Shown here piece after piece: positions 57,090 through 64,000 of a stretch of DNA of 64,000 nt. The position numbers were made by a program, and so were the translations under genes. Within the stretch, counting starts at the first letter, position 1; each line of letters starts with the position of its first letter. Below the pieces are notes generated by a model. It made no database searches, was not told the DNA's origin, and saw only the letters and a program-made list of their open reading frames with translations. The DNA is from Candidatus Hydrogenedentota bacterium (GTDB taxonomy: Bacteria > Hydrogenedentota > Hydrogenedentia > Hydrogenedentales > JAEUWI01), in NCBI GenBank assembly GCA_034669905.1, contig JAXMOL010000015.1:64001-128000 (forward strand), in the 5' to 3' direction.

Positions 57090-59162
57090 ATGTATGAAAA
57101 CCTTGCCCATTATGTGGTCTCCAGTCCACCGGAAGTCATTCCGACACTCTACCTGGAAGACATTGCTATCTGTGCCGCCTGGTACGATTCGCATGAAGGG
57201 GACAGTGATATTTCCGCCACCTACGGCGCGCTCCGCCAGGTATTCGACCGCTGGGTTCGCGAAGTGGAGCCTCCCCGAAATGATACCGAAGGTTACCGTC
57301 AGCAACCACTAATCCGGGAGCTGGTGGCCGAGCTCACCGAAGGCAACGTGGCCCGGCTGGAACGGGATGAGTTGGATCTCCTCTATTTCACCGTGGCCTT
57401 CGCCCGTCGCAGTGGTAAACTCGACATCTTCCGGCGGGTACTCTCCTGCACCGCACCCCACATGAACAGCATCGAGCAGCTGCGCAAGAAGAAGCCACTC
57501 ATCCCGGGCGCCGAAAACCTGGCCAAACGGCTGACCGTTGCAACGGAAGCCGATATCAAACAGGCTGAAGCCCGGGACGTACGTACCTTTGGCGGCCTGA
57601 GTCTACCCATTCGCGGACCGGTCTATCTGTGTGAAGGGTCGCTGAAGATCATGTCGGGCATCCCGGCTGAGTGCACGGTCGTGGTCGATCAGGGACACTG
57701 CTGTGTACGGGGGGCGGTAGAAGGCAATCTCGCGGCCACCGAATCCTGCGACATCCTCGACAACCTTTCGGGGGTTGTCATCGCCCGCCGGGGGGGCATC
57801 AACGCGCGGGACATTCTGAACCAGGCCATCGTCCTTTCTAAGGAAGACACCGTGCGGGCCGTCAACGCCGAATCGCCCAAGATGGTGTTCGCGGCACGGG
57901 AGATTCATCTCCGGGAAGATGCCATGGGAGGCCGCTTTCTGGCCCGCAAGATTCAGATCGACGGACTCATGTGCGGGGGGGATCTCTTCGTCACGGAACA
58001 TGCCCGGTCAACCAGTTTCGTCGCCACCGATGAGCGCCCCCTCCGGGTATGCCTTTTGCGCGGACTCTCCTGCCAGGATTACGGCGAAGTGCTTACGATG
58101 GATTCCAGTTCCCTGTTGAATTCGGCCATGAAGCTGCGACAACGCCTGGATCACCTGGAGGAACTGAGTGACCTGTCCGAACGGGAGGCCGACGATCTGG
58201 CCGGAAACATCCTGCTGTTCGTATTGGGTGAAGCCGACACCAAAGAAAAGGTGCAAGACATTCAGAAACGTCGCCAACGCCTTTCATTCATGGAGCGGCT
58301 TACGGCCGGGATTCGGTCGCTGGTTATGGCGGCGGAAGATCGGATCAACAACCTGAATTCGCAGATGTCCGATTCGGGCACACAATCGAGCGAAGAGAAA
58401 GCGACCCTGGACGAACTTCGTCGCGAACTTCTTTCCCTCTCACAGGAAGGCAGTATCGAGCCCGAGCTGCACCAGGAGAAGGAAGATGTCCTGTATCTGG
58501 GCCGAAAACTACAGCGCCGGGGCATGTCGGAACAAGGTCTTCAGCAGGTGCTTGAACGGCTGTTGGCGAAGTGTGAAGCCATCCAGCGGCGCGCCAACGA
58601 TTTGTCGCGCCAGTTGCAACGGGAAGAAGCCGCCATCGAACGGGCCATGGGCCGCGATGCCCTCATGGAACGGGCCCGCGAAGAATGTTCCCGGGTGGAG
58701 ATGTTGAAACAACTTTCGGCGGCGGCACGGAAACGCCCGACGGGCGATATCTTCAAGCAGCGTTTGGGCGACCGGTACGTCAAGCTCCTGCAACGCACCA
58801 TGGAAAACCGACTCTCCCATGCCAGTGGCTACCGGAGCACCTGCCGGGAGGTCCATGATCGTATTGAGCAATTGCGGGAGAAACTCTGGCGAGAGTACAT
58901 GGTTTCCCTACCCGATCATGTGCTTCAGGGCTGGGCCGTGGGCGGCGCCCGCATAGAAGGCACCTTCTCGCCCGGCATCCTGATCAGCCCCTGGCGCCAC
59001 CTTATGGATGACCCCTCGGGCGGCATAAAGAGTTGCGCCATCACATCTTCCGATGAAAAGCTTAAGAATGTGCATCAGACTTTTGTACGAACCACACGAA
59101 GCACCGTGGAAGCCCTGGAGCTCCCCCCGGAGGAATCGGCGGAGCTCTCTATCAACATCTGA
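57090..59162 (+). CDS. Hypothetical protein, FapA/DUF342-like beta-solenoid with a long coiled coil
   Basis: Gly/Val/Ile-rich beta repeats (~aa 170-325), ~280 aa of heptad-rich helix, then ARIEGTFSPGILI resembling the FapA C-terminal strand motif. Confidence 0.45.
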   Translation: MYENLAHYVVSSPPEVIPTLYLEDIAICAAWYDSHEGDSDISATYGALRQVFDRWVREVEPPRNDTEGYRQQPLIRELVAELTEGNVARLERDELDLLYFTVAFARRSGKLDIFRRVLSCTAPHMNSIEQLRKKKPLIPGAENLAKRLTVATEADIKQAEARDVRTFGGLSLPIRGPVYLCEGSLKIMSGIPAECTVVVDQGHCCVRGAVEGNLAATESCDILDNLSGVVIARRGGINARDILNQAIVLSKEDTVRAVNAESPKMVFAAREIHLREDAMGGRFLARKIQIDGLMCGGDLFVTEHARSTSFVATDERPLRVCLLRGLSCQDYGEVLTMDSSSLLNSAMKLRQRLDHLEELSDLSEREADDLAGNILLFVLGEADTKEKVQDIQKRRQRLSFMERLTAGIRSLVMAAEDRINNLNSQMSDSGTQSSEEKATLDELRRELLSLSQEGSIEPELHQEKEDVLYLGRKLQRRGMSEQGLQQVLERLLAKCEAIQRRANDLSRQLQREEAAIERAMGRDALMERAREECSRVEMLKQLSAAARKRPTGDIFKQRLGDRYVKLLQRTMENRLSHASGYRSTCREVHDRIEQLREKLWREYMVSLPDHVLQGWAVGGARIEGTFSPGILISPWRHLMDDPSGGIKSCAITSSDEKLKNVHQTFVRTTRSTVEALELPPEESAELSINI

Positions 59163-59291
59163 TTCCTACTCCCGGAACCAGCTTTTCTGGTCGGGCCATT
59201 GAGTCAACTTTATGGGCCATGGTATGATCACGCGGTCTCAACGCCTCGATGTCGTGGCGGAGTTTATCCCCCGATACTGGAAGATCCACCC

Positions 59292-59966
59292 ATGAGCGAT
59301 GCCACCCAAATTGTTGCGATTGACGGTCCCGCAGGTGCGGGAAAAAGCACCACGGCCAAGGAAGTGGCCCGTCGACTCGGCTTTGCTTTTCTGGATACCG
59401 GGGCCATGTATCGCGCCGCCACCTGGTGGGCCGTCGATCAGGGCATCGATCTGGATGATGGCGAGGCCCTGGCCGCCCACACCGCCAAGATGGCGCTGGA
59501 TATCGAAGAGCGGGAAACGGGCCAGGTCGTGACGGTTAACGGCCAGGACGTAAGTGCCCCCATCCGCACTCCCGAAATCACCAACCTCATTTACAAACTC
59601 GACCAGAACTCGGCCATTCGTAAGCAACTCGTGGAATTGCAGCGACGCTTTGGTGAAAAGCAGCCGACCGTTGCCGAAGGACGTGACGTCGGTACCGTCG
59701 TCTTCCCCAAGGCAAAGTGCAAGATATACCTCGACGCCTCCCTCGACACCCGGACCAACCGCCGGGCACGACAGATGCGCAAACGGGGCCAGACCTATGA
59801 TTGGGATACCTTACGGGCCGAGGTGCACGAGCGGGATGAGCAAAGCAAGAACCGGGCGGACTCCCCTCTACGAAAAGCCGATGATGCCTTCCTCCTGGAC
59901 TCCACCGACATGAGTTGGGAAGAAACGGTGGACGCCGTCGTCCGCCACGCGCAGGAAGTACTTTGA
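59292..59966 (+). CDS. cmk: Cytidylate kinase
   Basis: AIDGPAGAGKST, LDTGAMYRA, EGRDVGTVVFP and RD...RADSPL. Confidence 0.97.
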   Translation: MSDATQIVAIDGPAGAGKSTTAKEVARRLGFAFLDTGAMYRAATWWAVDQGIDLDDGEALAAHTAKMALDIEERETGQVVTVNGQDVSAPIRTPEITNLIYKLDQNSAIRKQLVELQRRFGEKQPTVAEGRDVGTVVFPKAKCKIYLDASLDTRTNRRARQMRKRGQTYDWDTLRAEVHERDEQSKNRADSPLRKADDAFLLDSTDMSWEETVDAVVRHAQEVL

Positions 59967-61660
59967 ACGCGCTCGGCATACGGCGCCATTGGAATATCGC
60001 GCCCCATGACGATCAGCGGGTGCGCGAACTCGCCCGGGAGATCGATGTCCCCCCCATTGTTGCTCAATTGCTCATCCTCCGGGGTCAGGATACGGCCGAA
60101 AAGGCCACCGTCTATCTGAACCCCACCCTCGATCAATTGTCCGACCCCCTGCTGCTCACCGATATGGACAAGGCCGTGGCCCGTCTGACGGCGGCCCGGG
60201 ATCAGCAGGAGCATATCCTGGTTTTTGGCGACTACGACGTGGACGGCATCAGCGGCTCGGCCATCCTCGTAAACGGCCTGAAACGTTTTGGGTGTAAGCA
60301 GGTCTCCTACAACATGCCCAAGCGCCTTACGGAAGGCTATGGGCTGGCTCCTGAGCATGTAGACGAAGCCCTGGCCCAGGGCGTGAATCTCATCGTGACG
60401 GTGGACAATGGTATCAGCGCCCACGAAGCGGCGAACCATGCCCGGGCGAAGGGCCTCGATCTGATCATCACCGATCACCATGCCATCGAGCAGGGCCTCC
60501 CCGATGCCCTGGCCGTCATCAACCCCCAACGGGAATCGGAGGAATATCCCGGGCGGTACCTGTGTGGGGCGGGCGTGGCCTTTAAGGTCTCCACAGCCCT
60601 GAATGGCACCCCCAATGACCTCGATATTGCCGCCCTCGGCACGGTGGCGGATATTGTCCCCCTCCAGGCGGAAAACCGCGTGCTCGTGGCCCTGGGCCTG
60701 CGCCATATGGCCAAACACCGGCGCAACGGCATTGCGACGCTGGCCCGGGTGGCCGGTGTCGATATCGGCGCCATATCCTCTGTGGATATCGGATACCAGA
60801 TCGGACCCCGCATCAATGCGGCGGGCCGCCTGAACAACGGCCTGGCCGCCCTGCAACTCATCCTCTCGGAGTGTCCGGATGAGGCCCATAGCATGGCCAA
60901 GTCATTGGATGAGGCCAACGCGGAGCGACGGGCCATTGAGCGGGCTATCTATGACGACGCGGTGGAAGAACTGGACGCCTGTTTTAACCCCGCGCAACGG
61001 GCCATTATCGTGGCCCGGGAAGGTTGGCACCCCGGCGTCATCGGCATTGTGGCTTCCAAACTGCAAGGGCGCTATCAACGCCCGGTGGTGGTGATCGCCA
61101 TTGACGAAGACGGCATCGGCCGGGGCTCGGCGCGGAGCAATGGAAACTTCGACATGATCAAGGCCTTTCGGGCCTGTGAGTCTCACCTCGTCAAATTCGG
61201 TGGCCATCTCTCAGCCGCCGGCATGACCATTGAGGCCGGCAACGTTTCGGCCTTCCGGGACCAATTCGAAGCGGAGGCGGCAGCCCAACTGGGTACGGGT
61301 GAAATCCTCTCTGAGCTCGCGGTGGACGCCATCGCCAGCCTCAAGGAAGTGGACGGCGAATTGCTGAATAACATGGCCCGTATCGAGCCCCTGGGACACC
61401 ACAACCCCGCCCCGGTTTTTTGCGCCCTCGGCGTGGAAGCCCGCAAAGGCTCCATCCGCATCTTGAAGGACCAACATCTCAAGGTATCCTTCGAGCAGGA
61501 CGGCTGTGCCCTGTCGGCCATCGGCTTCAACATGGCGGAACGCTTTTACACCGAAGACCTCTCTGGCCCCATCGATATCGCCTTCACCCCCCAATTTAAT
61601 GAATGGCGTGGCGAAACAACCATCCAACTGCTGTTGAAAGACATTCGCCCCACCCAGTAA
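59963..61660 (+). CDS. recJ: Single-stranded-DNA-specific exonuclease RecJ
   Basis: GDYDVDG, EGYGL, TVDNGI, TDHH, LCGAGVAFK, GTVADIVPL, PRINAAGR, GSARS and FGGH; TTG start coupled to the cmk stop. Confidence 0.97.
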   Translation: MNALGIRRHWNIAPHDDQRVRELAREIDVPPIVAQLLILRGQDTAEKATVYLNPTLDQLSDPLLLTDMDKAVARLTAARDQQEHILVFGDYDVDGISGSAILVNGLKRFGCKQVSYNMPKRLTEGYGLAPEHVDEALAQGVNLIVTVDNGISAHEAANHARAKGLDLIITDHHAIEQGLPDALAVINPQRESEEYPGRYLCGAGVAFKVSTALNGTPNDLDIAALGTVADIVPLQAENRVLVALGLRHMAKHRRNGIATLARVAGVDIGAISSVDIGYQIGPRINAAGRLNNGLAALQLILSECPDEAHSMAKSLDEANAERRAIERAIYDDAVEELDACFNPAQRAIIVAREGWHPGVIGIVASKLQGRYQRPVVVIAIDEDGIGRGSARSNGNFDMIKAFRACESHLVKFGGHLSAAGMTIEAGNVSAFRDQFEAEAAAQLGTGEILSELAVDAIASLKEVDGELLNNMARIEPLGHHNPAPVFCALGVEARKGSIRILKDQHLKVSFEQDGCALSAIGFNMAERFYTEDLSGPIDIAFTPQFNEWRGETTIQLLLKDIRPTQ

Positions 61661-61693
61661 GGCCGGCCAATACCGAAGGGCGTCGCCGCACCC

Positions 61694-63592
61694 TCAAGAC
61701 GTCGGGGTTTCGAGAAAGCGGTCCGCGGTATCCCCCGTCACGGGTGTGTCACGCGGCGGCGGCTTTATCAAGAGCGCGTGTCGACGTTGCCCCTGGATAC
61801 GGGACATCACCTCCGAATCGGCTTCCAAACGTCCACCGCCCGCTTCGACCATGGAAACAATGCGCGGGCTCGGCAGATTGCTGAACTGGTCGGGGCCAAG
61901 GATCGTATCTTTCCAATGGGACGTTTCGCCAAAGGCACTCTCTGAAAAAGCCAACTCATGGAGGACGGCGCCAGAGAAATCGTTCTCCTGAATGAGGGCT
62001 CCATCAAAGTCGCTCCAGCGCACGATACCGTCCCGCCAATCCAATGTCCTCAATACCGCATCCGAAAAGCGGATATCCTCCAACAGGGCCCTGCTCAAGG
62101 AGACGTTCTCCAACTCCGCGCCAGCAAAGGAGACCTCCTTCAAGTTGGCATGCGAGAAATCGACACAGGTCAGGTGGGTGCCGTTCAGCGGCACTTCCGT
62201 CATGCTAACCCCCGAGGCATTGCAGTCACGCCACTCACTGCCTTCCAGACCGGAGTTCTGGAAGGAAGCCCACTTCAGGCTGGTGCCGTGCAACCGCGCG
62301 TTGCGGAGGTCCGTGTTCACGAAAACAGCGCGCTCCAGTACCGTATCACTTAAATCGGCCCCGGCGAGTGCTGTGCCTCGGAATACGGCCCCCCCGAGGT
62401 CCAGACCACGCAGGTCGGCCCCGCGCAGATCCAAGCCCTGGAGATCCATACCCCGGGTCGATTCCAACAACGCCTTCAAAGGGCCTCGGGTTTCGGTCGG
62501 CAGGGCCTGAATCGCCTGGACCACGTCGCCCCAGCCTGCCGATTCGGGATACTGCAGGCCGGTAACGGTTTGGATTTCCTGGCGCAAGGTCGCCACATGG
62601 CCGTACAAGGCCCCGACGGCCGTGGGCCCTTCACAGATCACGTTGTAATTTTCCCAATGGCGCAATGCCCATTGGCCACGGATGGGATCTTCCCGTGGAA
62701 AGGACGCCAGGGCCCCTCGCGCCACAGCCCATTGCACAAAGGGCAGTCGGGTATTCACGACAGCACCCAGATGCAACCCTTCCACCCGTGTCATGTCGTC
62801 GTAAATCAGGGAGGCCAGGGCATCGTCGTAGGTCAACGTCGGGTCCTTATGATCGCCATAGGTATACGCAAATCTGGCCCCACGCAGGTCGGCCCCGCGA
62901 ATGTCCATGTCCTCGGTACTGAAGGCATAGATGACGGCGTTACGCAGATTAGCTTCCCGAAAATCGGCCCCCAGCAGCCCTCTTCCCACGAAAACCCCTT
63001 CAAAATTGCTGCGCTGAAAACGTACACCCGAGACGTTACGCCCCATATGAAAACCCAGATTGCTGAATTCACGGAAGTCTACGTCGCTCAGGATTGCCCC
63101 CTCGAAATTGGCATCCCGAAGAAAGGCCCCATCCAATTGCACGCCCGACAGGTCGGCCCCCCGAAAATCGCAGTGCGAGAGATTCATCCCCCGAAAATCG
63201 ATACCCTGCAGGTCGGCCCCCCGAAAGTCAGCACCCGCCATGCCGCGACACAACTGCCGTTCCTCGAACGAGAGTTGCTCCCGAAGAGGCCGGGATTGTC
63301 GCCACGACAAAATCGGTCCACCCGGTGTTTCCGGTTGGCCCATCAACGCACGAATGTTCGCAACGCGGGTTTCCACCGCATCGTGCAACGAATCCCCCCC
63401 GAACATCGGGCGGCCGGAGTCCACCTGGTAGACCAACACCGCCCCGCGGGGTGTCGGGGACTGGTCAAGATAGCGTCGCGACCAGGCCATCACGTCGCCG
63501 CCATACATGGAAAACAGCGTACCGGCACAAATGCTCCCACAGACTACGAAAGTACCGAGCTCCACCGCATGGGCTTTCAACCAATTTTTCAT
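61694..63592 (-). CDS. Membrane-anchored pentapeptide-repeat protein with two repeat blocks
   Basis: N-terminal hydrophobic segment; ADFRG/ADLQG/ADLSG/ANFEG runs and a second block MDLQG/LDLRG/ADLRG/ADLSD/ANLKE. Confidence 0.9.
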   Translation of the reverse strand: MKNWLKAHAVELGTFVVCGSICAGTLFSMYGGDVMAWSRRYLDQSPTPRGAVLVYQVDSGRPMFGGDSLHDAVETRVANIRALMGQPETPGGPILSWRQSRPLREQLSFEERQLCRGMAGADFRGADLQGIDFRGMNLSHCDFRGADLSGVQLDGAFLRDANFEGAILSDVDFREFSNLGFHMGRNVSGVRFQRSNFEGVFVGRGLLGADFREANLRNAVIYAFSTEDMDIRGADLRGARFAYTYGDHKDPTLTYDDALASLIYDDMTRVEGLHLGAVVNTRLPFVQWAVARGALASFPREDPIRGQWALRHWENYNVICEGPTAVGALYGHVATLRQEIQTVTGLQYPESAGWGDVVQAIQALPTETRGPLKALLESTRGMDLQGLDLRGADLRGLDLGGAVFRGTALAGADLSDTVLERAVFVNTDLRNARLHGTSLKWASFQNSGLEGSEWRDCNASGVSMTEVPLNGTHLTCVDFSHANLKEVSFAGAELENVSLSRALLEDIRFSDAVLRTLDWRDGIVRWSDFDGALIQENDFSGAVLHELAFSESAFGETSHWKDTILGPDQFSNLPSPRIVSMVEAGGGRLEADSEVMSRIQGQRRHALLIKPPPRDTPVTGDTADRFLETPTS

Positions 63593-64000
63593 AATCCGGA
63601 ATCCTGACGTGCGTAGTAGTTCCGTGCCCTTTGACGAACAGGCTGCTCCTCGTGGTTTCGTGCCCCCGCCAACAGGAATGTATCGGCGACCGCCGTGTCC
63701 AAGGTAGCGACCAGCGTGATGACCCCACGCAGATTCTCGTGGTCTATCTGATCGACGCGCCCGGGAGAATGATGGCGAATCACGTCCGTATCGATCATCT
63801 TCCGTTGGGTATTGAGCAGGTCATTGGGAACGTCGAACTCCATCCGCCCCGAGTCGCGAAAGGACCATACCGACTCAAAGGCGCGGGGCGTGGCCCTGTA
63901 TGGGAGCACCATCAGCGCAGTCATCCGCTCTTCCTGCGAGCGCACTTTGTCGTTGAGAATCCTTCGCAAATGCGCCACGTCCGTGACCTGCGGTGGCATT
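63589..64000 (-). CDS. Hypothetical protein, 3' end (probably truncated by the window edge)
   Basis: Open frame to the edge; stop overlaps the pentapeptide gene start by 4 nt; helical, HEAT-like C-terminus (NHEEQPVRQRA). Confidence 0.55.
   Translation of the reverse strand, partial: MPPQVTDVAHLRRILNDKVRSQEERMTALMVLPYRATPRAFESVWSFRDSGRMEFDVPNDLLNTQRKMIDTDVIRHHSPGRVDQIDHENLRGVITLVATLDTAVADTFLLAGARNHEEQPVRQRARNYYARQDSGL

Noticed and set aside
1..64000. PEP-CTERM-type sorting substrates, tRNA/rRNA genes, prophage or defence genes
   Set aside because: None was recognised by eye; no protein ends in a motif-TM-basic tail.

Overview
A GC-rich bacterial chromosomal window. The gene mix is consistent with a Hydrogenedentota/PVC-like organism, but that taxonomy is a guess. 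Left to right: (1) a minus-strand exopolysaccharide-export/exosortase locus (receiver-less sigma54 activator, Wza, Wzc, giant TPR protein, exosortase, EpsI, second giant TPR lipoprotein running off the left edge) that shares divergent sigma54 promoters and a palindromic enhancer-like site with a small degenerate GGDEF protein retaining an RxxD I-site; (2) a Na+/solute symporter operon with an unannotated 49-aa membrane protein; (3) a glucosylglycerate cluster in which GpgS is fused to a GH13_18 glucosylglycerate-phosphorylase-like domain, next to gpgP; (4) a REP-associated tyrosine transposase with asymmetric REP doublets, plus other REP/REPIN-type repeats; (5) murA-hisD-hisC, a frameshifted membrane/SRPBCC gene, and tpiA-secG; (6) a two-gene ATP-dependent 2-hydroxyacyl-CoA dehydratase/activase-like system; (7) a heteromeric RND efflux operon preceded by a ~190-nt structured RNA candidate; (8) an 8xPKD lipoprotein, nadX-rplU-rpmA-obgE-proB, a secreted propeller/alpha-barrel protein, mtnA, a FapA-like protein, cmk, recJ and a pentapeptide-repeat protein. 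No tRNA, rRNA or CRISPR array was seen. All calls come from reading motifs by eye; no database searches or folding programs were run. Several start codons were moved from the ORF track to fit RBS evidence.
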